A DNA stretch of 62,684 nt, counting the filler, from Basidioascus undulatus (taxonomy: Eukaryota): assembly GCA_000826855.1 (NCBI GenBank). It is 10 parts of 10 records of this genome, joined end to end, with 100 filler letters (N's around TTAATTAATTAA, not from the genome) between each part and the next. Parts side by side here need not be neighbours in the genome. Positions count along the whole stretch, not along the records: positions 46,196 to 50,254 come from JTLS01002251.1; positions 50,355 to 54,378 come from JTLS01002252.1; positions 54,479 to 58,531 come from JTLS01002253.1; positions 58,632 to 62,684 come from JTLS01002254.1; 6 more parts are not named here. The stretch is one strand, 5' to 3'. The notes under the pieces were generated by a model that worked only from the letters and a program-made list of their open reading frames with translations, made no database searches and was not told where the DNA came from. This document shows positions 48,843-61,600 of the stretch, piece after piece. Position 1 is the first letter of the stretch; the number at the start of each line of letters is the position of its first letter. The position numbers and the translations under genes are program-made.

Positions 48843-50254
48843 ATGTGGAGGCACACCGCACAAACGACCGGCACCAACGAGGTGCCCATCGCCAACCCGC
48901 GCCGCTTTGGCGGTGCGGCCTCCGGCCCACCTCCCCCCGGGCCTCCCCCGCCTGCGAACGGCGACGGCCGCTACGACGACCGCGACAGGCGGGATTACGA
49001 CCGTGACGGGCGCTACAACGATCGCGACGGTCGGTATGATGACCGCGATAGGCGGGACGCGGACCGCGGCAGGCCGGAGGAGCCGCTGCGGGATGGGGGC
49101 TACCCGGAGGAGCATGGCAAGCGTGGGCGCGAGGAGGACCGCGCGTCGTCGGGGACTCCTGGTGGCGGTGAGTTGAAGCTTCCTTTGATGATTTTCTTGC
49201 GAGGGTGGTGCGTGATACTCACGCTCGGTGGACTGGGCAGAGGACGGCGACCAGCCGCGCAAGCGCCGCTCTCGTTGGGGCACGGCACTGACCTCGACCG
49301 CCAACAACCTCCCGACCGCCATCCTGAACGCCAACGTCTCGCAGCAGCAGCTCGACAACTATGCCTCGCAGATGCGCATCGAGGAGATCAACCAGAAGCT
49401 GCGCAGCGGCGACTTTGTTCCGCCTGAGCGCGAGCGGTGTGTCTCCCTTGATCGCGCGAACACTTCATCAACTTCCGCAGCGACTGACGGTGGCTAGCAA
49501 TGTTGCAGGTCTCCCTCCCCTCCCCCGACGTACGACTCGCACGGTCGCCGTACCAACACGCGGGAAGTCCGGTACCGGCAGAAGCTTGAGAACGAGCGTC
49601 TGCGCCTGACTGACCGGCTGCTCAAGTCGGACCCGAACTACCGCCCGCCGGCCGAGTACCACGCGCAAAAGCGCGCGGCGCGCCCGCAGGAGAAGGTGTA
49701 CATCCCCGTCAAGGAGTTCCCCGAGATCAACTTCTTCGGCCTGCTCGTCGGCCCGCGCGGCAATTCGCTTAAGGGCATGGAGCGCGAGTCGGGCGCCAAG
49801 ATCAGCATCCGCGGGAAGGGCTCCGTCAAGGAGGGCAAGGGCCGGCCGGGCGCATACTCGGAGCAGGACGAGGAGGACCTCCACTGCGTCGTCATGGCCG
49901 ACTCGATGGACAAGGTCGCGCTCTGCGTCAAACTCATCAACAAGGTCATCGAGACGGTGCGTTCCTCCGACAACGTCATGGGATATATAGAAACATCACT
50001 TACTTATATGGAGGGATGGGTATTCAGGCCGCCTCTACGCCGGAAGGCCAGAACGACCACAAGCGGAACCAGCTCCGCGAGCTCGCGGCGCTCAACGGCA
50101 CGCTCCGCGACGACGAGAACCAGATCTGCCAGAACTGCGGTGGCGTTGGCCACCGCAAGTACGAGTGCCCCGAGCAGCGCAACTACACGGCCAACATCAT
50201 CTGCCGCGTCTGCGGGCAGGCGGGCCACATGGCGCGCGACTGCACCCAGCGCCA
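48843..50254 (+). CDS. MSL5: Branchpoint-bridging protein / splicing factor 1 (truncated)
   Basis: [19 protein letters not shown] domain [28 protein letters not shown]2 [13 protein letters not shown], two CCHC knuckles. Confidence 0.97.
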
Positions 50255-50354
50255 NNNNNNNNNNNNNNNNNNNNNNNNNNNNNNNNNNNNNNNNNNNNTT
50301 AATTAATTAANNNNNNNNNNNNNNNNNNNNNNNNNNNNNNNNNNNNNNNNNNNN

Positions 50355-53300
50355 GTGCGTGTGTACGCGTGAGCGCAGGGCGGGGTAAAAGGTGGGGTGG
50401 GGGGAGTGAACGCGGGGAAAAACTACGCGGAACGTACCCGAGCCTCAGCGGCTGATGCTCAGGCGGGAGCGCCCCGACAGCAGCAGCGGCGTACGTGACG
50501 CTCAGCAGGAGGTCGACCTGTCCCAACCCCAACCCCCAACACATCAGCTCCTATCCTCCCCTTCCCCCTCTCCGTCCCCCGTTCCCGCGACTCACCGCGC
50601 TCGCGTTCGACCTGAGTTCATACTCGAGCGGCGGCCCCACGCCCAGAGCCTGGAACGCGTACCCACAGATCTCTGTCCTCCCCCATCGTCTCTCCCGTCA
50701 GCCGCGTTCGGGTAGTGCAAAGGGTATGGGGGACGGGAGAAGAGTGATGAGCGTTCGGGTAGTGGAAGAAGAGAGGTGAAGGACAGAGGGACGGCAGGGT
50801 GACAGCCCACCCTTGGAGCAAACGAACGGCCTGAGCGCCTCGAAGCTGCTCGGCTGGCGGCCGTGGCAGACGATGCAGAAGCGGGTGGCGAGCTTGAGCC
50901 GGCGGACGAGGTACGACATCGCGATGAGGGGAAGGTTGTCGCGCGTTGCGGGGTCCTGGAGGGGGTCCTTGGGGAGCTGCACCGTCACCATCTCACATCA
51001 GCCTCGACTCGCATCCAAGGAGACGGAAGTGTGACGAAGTGTGCGGAGAAAGAGATACGCACCTCCGCCCCCTCCCTCTCCCGCTTCTCCCGCGCGTCCT
51101 CGCGCAGCAAGCGCGCCTCCATCTCCTCCTGCGGCACCGCGCCCTCCTGTACGCGCGCGAGATACTCGGGGTCATGCAGGAGCGCTTCGGCGGCGGGCCA
51201 GCCGTAGGCGCTGCATAGGGAGGGAGGGAAGGGGGCCGGGTGTCAGTGCTCAGTTCAAGAGGGGACAAGGAAGGGAAAGGAAAAGACGGGACGGAGGAAA
51301 AAGAGGGGGGCACGGGCAAGAGGACCGTCGGTGGGAAGAGGTGGGAAGATGAACGGGGAGGGAACGGCGAGCCGCACGAGTGTTTCCTCCTAAAATTAGC
51401 GACGGCCCACAGACTCTCATTCAGGAGCTGTGCGAGCGGGCCGCTCAGCAGAAACGGCTCGAGGTCGTCCTCCTTGATTTCGTCTCCCGCTCCTCCTCCG
51501 CCGTTCGAGAAAGACGCTTCGTGCTCGCCACCGCCGTGCTTGTCCGCGCCCGGCTTGAGGTAGACGGTGCGCATTGCTTTCTGTTGGAGGCCACCCGCCC
51601 GCCGGAACGTGAAAGCAAGAAGTCAGCCGTCTGAACAGAGAGGAAGGCAGGACGGGGAAAAGGAGGTGCAAGGATGCAAGGAGAAGGAGGAAGCGGGAAA
51701 TGAGGGGGGTGGAGGAAGTGGGAGAGGGGAGAGAGGAGACATTGGGGGCAACGAGAAGGGGGTGAAGGGAAAGGAGAATCGGCGACTCACAAGCACCTCC
51801 TCCCACCTCGGCTTATACCTTCCACACAGCCCCACAGCACACTTCCACCCGCCCCCGAGCTTCGCCCATTCTCTGACCTCCTCCATCTCCTCTTTTCCCT
51901 TCCCCTTCCCTTCCCTCCCCTTCCCGTCCCTTCCCTTGCCTGCACCCGGCCGCGCGCCGGCGCTCATGGGAACATAAGGCGGCGGGTACGCCCTCCCTCC
52001 CAAGGAAAGGAGGAGGACGAGGTTCTTCCCCTTTGTGAGCGCCGCGCCGAGGCGCGCGTCCCAGGCGGCGAGGACGGAAGGCGGGTGGTGCAGCGCGGAG
52101 AGGGGGAGGGAAATGGATAAGACCTGGTGCCGGCGTCCGAGGTTAGCAAATGGGGAGAAAAGAAAAAGGAAAGGAAGGAAACAAGGAAGGTGAGAGGGAG
52201 AAGTAGGAGGAGCGGGGATGAAGAAGGGGCGACTGACAAGGTCCACGTCCGTAAGGTGCGCGATGCCCGGCTTGAACCCGTACGACTGGAGCTGCTCGAA
52301 AGCGCTGTTCCGGGCACACCCCACACAGAGTCAGTTCCAGTCCTCAAAGTGAAGTTCCAGTCCTCAAAATGAAGGGGAGGAAGGTGTGAGAGAGAGCGCC
52401 AACGCGCCAACGCGCCAACGCACATCCTCAGCTTGCCCAAATCCACCCGATCCTTTCCCTCCCTCCCCAGTCCACGCATATCCGCCTCCTTCCCGCCCAT
52501 ACCCCTCGCCGGCCCCCCAAACAGCATCTCCTCCTCCTCCTCCTCGCCCGCAAACGCATCAAAGCTGTCCTCGCTCCCATCCTCCTCGTTCGTCTCCTGC
52601 TGCTGCTGCTGGGCACGCTTATGGAGGACTGCGGACGACTTCTTGCGCCCGACCGAGGCGGCGGTGCGCGTGCCGTGGAGGACGTGAGCGATGGATTCGA
52701 GCAGGGCGGGGAGGGGAAGCGTGTGTGTTGAGGAGGAGAGGGACTCGAGGGAGGCGGAGAGGGCGGGGGGGACATCGTCGGCTGGCGGGACGCCCAAAGT
52801 GAGGAAGGATCAGCGCGGGTCGAAGGGATGAGGAGAAGAACCAAAGGAAGGGAAGGCGCACTGGCATAGATCATTATGGGGTAGGCGGAGGGGTAGCGCT
52901 CGGCGTCTGTCGAGCGGAGCGAGTCAGCGAGTGCGCCTCTCGCGCGGTAGGAGAAGAGCAGGACGTTGTTGGGGAAGAAAGATCAAGACGCACCGGTGAT
53001 CATCAGCACGACCTCGACGAGCTTGTCCGCCTTGCTGCCCGGCTGGGGGACGGGAACGACGAACTCGACGCTCTCCTCCGCGTCTCCCTTCCTCACACCT
53101 GTTTCGCCAGCTCCCCCTCGTATCAGCGTCCCGCTTCGCAGGTAGCACAGGACAAGACTTAAGAAACAGCGGACGACTCACGACGAACGATCCCCTCCCC
53201 CCTCGGCAGCGTCTTACTCGCCCGCACAACCTCCTCCAAATCCATCCTCAACATCTTGCCCGGGCTCATCCCCTCCCTGCCCTTCCCCACCGCCTCCGTC

Positions 53301-53599
53301 TCGTCCACATCCATTACGTCCGACAGCGCGGGCGTCGGCAACCCCGCCTCCGCCTCCTCCTCCGCCTCCTGCTCTTCGTCACTCGACGAGCCCAAGCTAA
53401 TCGTCTCGCGCTTGCGAGGCGGGCGGCGCGCATCTGGCTCGGACTCGTCTGAGGAGGAAGCGAGGTCGATTGTCTCGTTCTTGGATGTGGGCGACTTGTG
53501 CTTGAGCGGCATCGCGGGGGTGGTTCTGTTGGTGGAGGAAGCGAAGGAGGAAGAGGCAGGCGGTGAGAATGCGGATTTGAGGAGCGTGCGGAGGCCCAT
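50355..53599 (-). CDS. Large fungal UBE2Q-like protein (family often carrying PARP-like and E2 domains), 5' part
   Basis: Multi-exon. RWD-like VVLMIT|DAERYP, FLLSGPLAQLLNE, NLPLIAMSYLVRRLKLATRFCIVCH..EALRPFVCS, VDLLLSVTYAAA. The catalytic domains would lie beyond the gap. Confidence 0.7.
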
Positions 53600-54478
53600 C
53601 CCATCGTCGGTGCTCGGTGAGAGCAGAGCAAATCGGAACAAGGCCCGGTCTCAAGTCGCATTGGCGCTTTGGACTGGGAGAAAGCGAGCCCAAACTGCAT
53701 GCGCACCCAGCCAGAGACACCGCTCGCTTCCGCCCCTGCGCTGATGCCCGCCCGGTCCCGACGGAATGCACACGACTTACATCACTTTGACTCAATTGGC
53801 TGAGGCTTGAGGCTGTATTAGTAGCAATATGCTGTGGGATTTATGGTGATGGCGGTGGTAAGTGAGGGGTTGGGAGGAGGAAGAGAGCGACACCGATAAA
53901 GGGAGCGAGCCGACGACTCGACGACGCAACCACGCATGGTCGACGGCGCGACGGCGTTTCCACGTGCTTTTATCTGCGGATGCACGTGCGAGGATTCGCG
54001 GGGTGAGCGACAAACTACGCGAGGCTTTCGCCTGCGCTTTCAGCCAACCTTCGGCGGGATAGAACACTCTCAGTCCTGAGTGAACCACATCCACTTGATA
54101 CTTGGTCGAATTATTCTTCCCGTACGTCCTGAAGCTCGGGGTCTCCATGTGCCAGTCTCGAGTCTCCCTCGTTCAGCGTCCGGCTCGCTCGTGCATGCCT
54201 GCGCCGGTCGGTATCTCCCTTACGATGAGGTAATACCATATAACCTGGTTCACGGAACAGGTTGAACATGACTGCCTCACGATTCTTCGCGAGATGGGCC
54301 ACAACGTTCGTAATCAGCTCTCGAACGGGAGCACGCCCATCGCACTGCTTCCCACATTCAGTGCTTCGCGTCTACCAGNNNNNNNNNNNNNNNNNNNNNN
54401 NNNNNNNNNNNNNNNNNNNNNNTTAATTAATTAANNNNNNNNNNNNNNNNNNNNNNNNNNNNNNNNNNNNNNNNNNNN

Positions 54479-54551
54479 GGGAATTGAACCCGGGTCGCCC
54501 GCGGTCAGGTTGAATGACAAGCGGATATACTAGCCACTATACTACCAAAGA
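54479..54551 (-). tRNA. tRNA-Asp(GUC) with an 11-nt intron at 37/38 (54504-54514); 3' end lost in gap
   Basis: Reverse complement reads TCTTTGG TA GTATAGTGGCTAGTAT A TCCGC TT GTC A ttcaacctgac C GCGGG CGAC CCGGG TTCAATT CCC. Confidence 0.9.
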
Positions 54552-56556
54552 TACACTTTTATTTGTCTTGCTTTAATATGTGACGTGCATGTTCTTCGCA
54601 GACCGACCGGGTCGACGGGAACGATTCCTTCCGGCTCTTTAACAGCGACCCTTTTAAACTCAGTAGGTTGCACAGTTCCTATTGGGACCCAGTGGCGGCC
54701 GCTCGTTGTTTGTGGATGTCCAGGCGGACACTGCGGTCTAGGCCGTGGTTCCCACCTTTCCTGCAAACGCAACCCCAAGTTGGTCCCTTTACGAAGTACG
54801 AAAGGTGCGGTCTGAGCAGACCGGCTTGGGCGGCCGTTGGGCAGTGGCTCACGCATATTGCGAGCAGCGCGAATTTGTCGAGACAAATCTATTATATGAA
54901 AGAGTAATCGGAAGAACCTCTGGCTTGAGGAAGCTGTGAAAACGGATGTTCAAGATGGGCCACGCAGGTCGAAGTGCCTACGGCGCAGTGCGAGTGGCAC
55001 GGGTCAGTCCAAAGAAAAACGGGCGGTTATCGGATAAGTAACCCTAGGAGAACTGCTGGATTGAGGGAAGCTGTGAAAACGGGTGCTTGATGAACGATGC
55101 CGAACGATCTGTACGAGAGCACAGGCTGCATCTCGTTTCGGTGCGCTGTGGCGCTGCTATCAGGCTTGCCGGCATCGCCTATAACCTTACTTTATTTTGA
55201 AGTGGCAGAGAATTGTTTTAGTAAAATAGAATGAAGGAATCAAGTTGAGGTTTTACGGCTGAGGACATGCAGCACCCGCTCGAGTCGAAGCTGAGCATCT
55301 TTGAACAGTCGGAATCGCGCTGTGCAGCTCTGCAGTGCTCACCGGGGGAGCTTCCAACGACAAACACGCTTGAACAAGTCTACAAGAAACCCAGATCAAG
55401 TCCCGGGAAGTCGTGCCTTCCAGTTCGTATCGCCATCCACGCTGTTCCCTGGTTCGGACCTCCTCGCGTCGGATCTTGCAGACCAGGTATAGTGGATAAC
55501 GAGTCTACATTGATCCTGAACGATAGGGAGCTGGAGTCTGATAGTGATCGAAGGTCTTTTCGCTTCCGCGTCCCTGTTACCACAATCGGTTCCGCCATCG
55601 TCGGTCACCTGAGGGTCCAAGTGCAAGGCTTCTGACCAGGCAATTTACCCCGAGGCTTTCCAGGAGGATTCCTTTGTTTCCAGTTGTAGATGGGCATGTT
55701 TTCAGTCCACAAGCACTCTTTTAGAGGTTGCCAGCACGCCGTTGGGCCGTACGTAAAGGGGCACGCCGACTCCGCGCCGACTGGTACTTCGACGACGCCT
55801 GGTCAATTTTTTTGGCAGGAGCCAAGTATGTCGCAAAAAATATTCTTCGTGTCGACTTTCGCCGATCAAAGCCATGAACCAGGAAGTTTGACGCCCCGCA
55901 CAGGTTGACAGGCCTGATTTTCTTGGCACTTAACGGCGCGGCGCTTCTTGCCCTCAGTCGCTCCGCCCGGCAGGTCTTCTTGCATTTTCGCGCCAGCAAG
56001 TGCTGGCGTCGGTCCCGAAGACGCGGGCTAGTCGTGCTCATCGTATTTCAATCGCCTTCCTTTGCCCTGCCGGTGCGGCAGGCTGTTTACTGAAGGGAGA
56101 GAGCGGGATGTTGTCTGTCTCGGTCCAGCATGCTCACTCGCGCACCAGTGCTTTTCGCTTTTCGATCTCGCACACTCGTGTCGTCCTGCCCGCAATTGCT
56201 GCTTTTACCTTCCCTTCCATCAACACTAATCATCTTCTCTTCTCGTATTTCTCCCTTTCGCGCTTTGCGGCTGTCGAACTTCCAGCGACGACGACGGACG
56301 GCACGCGGCTACTTGCGGAAGGTACAGCGGGATCAGCGGCGGATCGCCCTTCGTACCTCTCTTCACCCACGCGGCCTTCATTTCGGCTTCCCAACGCCGC
56401 GACTGCACTCCGTTGCGCCCACACTCGTTTGTTTTCTATCCACGACTTCCCCGCGGCCTACGACGTTCTCCTCGCCCTCTCGCCTCGCACGGCTCTCTCA
56501 AACTCTTTTCACCGACACGCTCACTTAATCCGCCAACCCACTGGCGCTCACACACT

Positions 56557-57981
56557 ATGTTCACTCTCCCTCTTCTCGCGCTCACGCTCAGCGCCCCGCT
56601 CGCGCTCGCCGACCCGCGCATCCTCATCTTCTCCGGCACCGCCAACTTCCGACATGAGAGTATCATCCCCGCGACGAATGCGCTCATCCGCGCGGCCAAG
56701 TCCCAGGGCCTCATCATCGAGCACGACACGACGGGCGAGAAGTTCACGTATGCGGACCTGTCTGCGTTTGACCAGGTCATGTTCATCAGCAGTCACATCG
56801 ACGGTCCGTCTCGTCACAACTCTCACTCAACTTCACAGGAGAAGCGGCCGATAAATTGGGAGGGTGGGTTAAACAGCGCTCAACAACGACTCGAGGGCCG
56901 CGTTCTACGACTGGCTCGTCAAGGGCGGGACGTTCATCGGCGTGCACGGCGCCGCGGACGAGTACGAAGCGCCCGACTGGTTCTGGGACCTCATCGGTGC
57001 CCGGTTCAGCTACCACCCGGAGCAGTGTAACGCGACGTACTACTCGCCTGAGTCGACGCCACACGAGAGCGTCGCGATGCTGCCGGCCAAGTGGTGGTGG
57101 CAGGACGAAGTGTGCGTTCCGGCGCTTAGCCTTTACTTTCGGACCATGAGACTCACCGGTATCTATATGGTACAGCTACAACTTCCTCCGCGACCCTCGC
57201 ACGATAGGCGCGCACGTGTCGCTCTCTGTCGAGGATAACTACCTCGGCGTCGGCCAGGCGTACTCCGACCACGGCACGCCGCACCCGATCGGTACGCTTC
57301 TCCGTTTTCTTACACCCGACCTCTTTCCTTCCGTTCGGGGATTTACTGAAAGCACCTGGTCCTGTTCGCACAGCGTGGTACCAGAACCATAACCGCATCG
57401 GCGGAGGGCGCAGCTACTACACTGGACTCGGGCATCGCGTCGAGGCGTGGTCGGTGCGTTGCTTTGCCTTCACTCTCACCTCTCTCTCCCAGTCGACTTC
57501 CTTTCGTGCTGCTTACGCCTGCCCTTCGCCCGTTAGGACCCTCTCTTCCTCTCGCACATCACCGGCGCGATGCAGTGGGCGTGCGTTCCTCCCAACAACC
57601 CCTCTTCCGCCTCCTCCTTCCCTCCCCAACCCCTCAACCACCCGGCTGACCTCCCCCTCCGACAACAGCCTCGAAGGCGCCACCACCCGCGCGCTCAACG
57701 CCTCTGCACTGGTAGGGCAAGCGAACGCGCCCGGTGAGCCGCTCTGGACGCGCCCCGCCGCGCTCACCTCCACCGCCGCGCCGGCATCGACGTCGTCGAC
57801 GGTCTCGGGCCAGGCAGCATCTATGTCAGTCGGTAGTGGTGCTGGACCAGCTGCGAGCAGACGCACTGAGGCGGGTGAGAGCAGCAGGGGCTCGGGACAG
57901 GAGAACGTCGGCGAGCGGACGGCGATGTGGACGTGGGCGGCGGTCGCTGTGGGCGCGGCGCTGGGGACGGTCCTGCTCTGA
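56557..57981 (+). CDS. Secreted ThuA-like (class I glutamine amidotransferase-like fold) protein with an S/T-rich stalk and GPI-like tail
   Basis: RILIFSGTANFRHESIIPA, GGTFIGVHGAAD, LIGARFSYHP, QDE..NF..DPR, HGTPHPI|AWY, GRSYYTGLGH, hydrophobic C-terminus. Confidence 0.85.
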
Positions 57982-58631
57982 TCGGGCGTTTCGAACTTGG
58001 GGCGGCAGCCTTCTCCTTTCCCGCTTCGACTCGCTCATTGCCAAGCCTTTTTGTGCCTTCTTGTATACGAGTTTCTTCAACCCAACTCGCCAGTCTTGGA
58101 CGTTCTTACCATCCTTCCCATCACGCTCCTTCACGAACAGTATACTGCTCCTGGCCCATTGCCATCGCCCGCATGTCAAACCCTTTTCTAGTGGTCTCGT
58201 ACTTCCTTCCCGCACTGACTACGTCACTCATACTCATGTTGTTTTGTCATAACCTTTTCTCATCATGCAATTGAAAGTGCTTAGCAGATGTGCTTTCATG
58301 TTAGGTGTTAAGAGCTCTGCATGCGACGCCGCTAGTGGGCAACAGGAGGAGTAGAGTACAGGAGCAAGAAGCCGGGCCAGCGCCAAAACCACATGGGTGA
58401 AAGCGTGTGTCGGACGGCGCTGCGAGGAGGAGCGAGTTGGGCAAAAGCTACATTCGCTAGCGAGGGAAGGGAGTATATAGGACGCGCGGTTGGCAAGATG
58501 CAGTATGCCGTTGCACTCGCATATTTCCTTCNNNNNNNNNNNNNNNNNNNNNNNNNNNNNNNNNNNNNNNNNNNNTTAATTAATTAANNNNNNNNNNNNN
58601 NNNNNNNNNNNNNNNNNNNNNNNNNNNNNNN

Positions 58632-61600
58632 CACCCGTCCCCCAACCCCGCGCTACAGCATCCTCCACCGTCTCGCTCCAACCCTCTCCCGCCCAACCAC
58701 CCGCAGCGCCTTTCCCAAAGCCCGCCCTTTCCATCCCCCAGCCTCTACGCCCGCCCCCTCCCCCGCCGGACTACGCACTCCTCGACCGCCTCACAGCCAC
58801 CTACCTCTCCCGCCCTCCCCACGTGCCGGAGGACCCGGCCCAAGACTGGTCCTTCGCGCGCGCGACCGCGCTCTCACCAGTGGACGACACGCTCGCGACG
58901 GCGCGGGACATCGGGCGCGTCCTGCGGCCGCGCAGCCCGCGGCTGGACGTGCTCGACCGCGCGCAGGAGACGCGGCGCGGGTTGGGCGAGGGCGCCGCAG
59001 AGGAGTGGGGAGACTTGGGGGAGCTGGGAGATGAGGATGCGAGGGAGCTCGTGGATGTTTTGTTGGGGCAGTGGGAGGGGTTGGAGGGCACGGTGAGTGA
59101 AGTGGGGGCGCTGCAAGTGAGATGAAGGGCTGATGAAGGTTGGACCAGCTCGAATGGGATATCGTCGAGCCGCTGCTGGATATCGTCTCGGGCGTGTGCA
59201 GCGCTTCAATACCTTCTTCAACAGCTCTTATGGTCCGTGTCCTCCTTGCCATCCCACGCCGCCCGCAGCCCCTCACCCATCATCCAGTCCTCCACTCTCC
59301 CGCCCTCCCTCATATCCGCCCTCTCCGGACTACCCACCTCCCTCCTCTTGCACTACACCACCTTCCTCCTCGGCTCGTCCACGAATCCGCTCTTCCTCGA
59401 GTACCTCTCCCACGCGCTCCCCACTTCCTCCCCGTCAGCCGCACAAGACACCCTCTTCTCCCTCTACGTCGCGCCGCTGCGGGCGCGTGAGGGCCTATCA
59501 CGAGCAGCCGCAGCGCAGCTGGAGGACCTGTTTGCGCGGGTGGAGGCTGTGCGACTCCTCAGGGGTCTGAGGGATTGGTCGGACTGGGAGACGCATCAGC
59601 GCGCGCTCTCGAATGGCGATCAAAACGGCGACGTCAAGATGAACGGCATCGACTCGCACGCGCCGCTTCACGACCCTCTTGCGCTTCTGGAATCCCTCGT
59701 CACCCTTCTCACAGCGCCGCCGTCGCCCGCGCGGCCTTCGCTCCCGCTCCTCGCCGCTTACGCAGAGCACTACAACCTCCTCGACAACCTCGCGCTCCTC
59801 CTCTCCTCACGCCACCTCGACGCCACCTCCTCCACACGCACGCAGCTGCTCAGCCTCCTCGCCCGCCTGGTCATCGCGCTCCTCGCGCACCCCGACGGCG
59901 CAGGGTGGCTCATCGCTGGGCTAGCGCAAACGAGGGAAGAAAAGACCCGCTTGGAAGTATGGGCGAATTTGCTCGGGCTCAGCAGCAGCGGAGAGGACGC
60001 GGCGGCGGGCTCGGAGCTGGAGGACGCGTTCAGGGCCGTTGCGAGGCGGGAGGGGACGCCGAGGGAGGTCCGCCTGGAGGCGAAGGACCTCGGAAGGCTA
60101 CTGGCGGCGTGCTGTAGCGTCGCGGGGGTCTTAGCGGCGCTTGCGTCCGGCGCGCTGACGGATGATGCGGCGATAAGAGCGAGCGGGCAGGTGCTCGTCT
60201 GGGAGGCGTCGAGTGTCTATCGGGAGGTGCGCGTCTGTCTGCTTGTTCTTTCCCACCCCTTTTGCTTAGTGCGGGTGTATCCCCGCCACAACAGCTCGTG
60301 CACCACCTCGCCCTCCTCCCCACGATCTACCCGCCGCTCGTCGCACTCGCCGCGCCCACGTCCACCCCCACCCCATCCAGCGCCTTCGCGCGCCTCCTCC
60401 TCTCGCACCTCCTCTCCTCCCCCTCCCCCTCACACGCCTACCTCGCCGCGACCTCCCACCCCTCCGCGCCGACACCAGCGCACCTCAACCCACCCCCCTC
60501 GCTCCTCGCCTCCCTCGCCCTGCGCAGCGCGACCGACCTCCGAGCAGCGCTCGACCCGCTGCTCGAGCTCCGCCCGCGCGTGGCGGACGAGGGAACCCTG
60601 CATGCCCTAGGGGTAGGGATGCGTGCTGTTGCGGCGCGCGTGCGGGACGGGGGCCCGTATGGACTCGCGGAGGTCCTGTGCGCGTGGGAGGAGGTCAGCG
60701 CGGTCAGGGGGCGGGGCGTCCAGCTCGGGGCGGTACTGCGGGATCTCGTGCGCGCCTGCAATGCGCGGCTGGAGGAGCTGGCGAGTGGGGAGGAGCCACT
60801 GGACGAGGGGACGGCGCCGCACTTGGGGAGGGTGCTGGACCTCCTTGTGGTTGCGCTCCCCCTCGCAAGGGACCTTCTACCCCCCGGCGTGGAGCCCCTG
60901 CTTGAGTCGACCGCGGTGGACGCCCTGCCTGTGTCGGTACTCGCGCTCGAGGCGAGTCGCGCATTCTGCGCCGCGCGCCGCACTGCCCACGCCTGGACGT
61001 ACGTCCCTGGTGTGCGAGCGGGCGCAGCGGACGTGCAGGACGCGGCGGTAGCCCTGCTCCGGGCGTTGCTCCGCCGAAGGGACGGACAGCCGCTCCGCGC
61101 CGTCCTGCGAGTGGCCAAGTTTAGCCCCGACGTGGCGGGCGACGTCCTGCGACTCCTCGAGCGCGTGTTGTCCTCGCTCGACGCGGAGTACGCAGTCCGC
61201 GCGCTCGTCAGCGCCACCCGTCAGGTGCTGGAAGTGCTTTCCCTCGACCCGACGAGCGCGGAGGCCGAGACGCTCGTGCGCCGTGCGGTCGAGCTCGACG
61301 AGACGGTGGAGGTAGGACTGGCGTACGACTGGGCGCTTCACGCGCTCGAGTGTGGCGGACACTTGCTCGGGGTCCTCCGCCCGCTCGGGCGCCTCGACAC
61401 CGACGCGGCGAGGGAGGGTCTCCGCGCGGCGCTGGACGAGGTAGACCTGTCCGAGGCGCTCGTCGCTGCGGGTTCGGACACACGGACACTCCTCCTCTCG
61501 CTCGACGTCGCCGAGCGGCTCGCTTCCCTCCTTCCCCAACTCAAAGTCATGGACATTCCCCTCCGCATCCTCTCCTCCCCCACCCCGCCCCCGGTCCGCG

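Noticed and set aside
25191..58631. Regular ~4.2-kb periodicity of TTAATTAATTAA and apparent gene neighbourhoods across it
   Set aside because: These are artificial linkers between similarly sized contigs, not a biological repeat or cluster.
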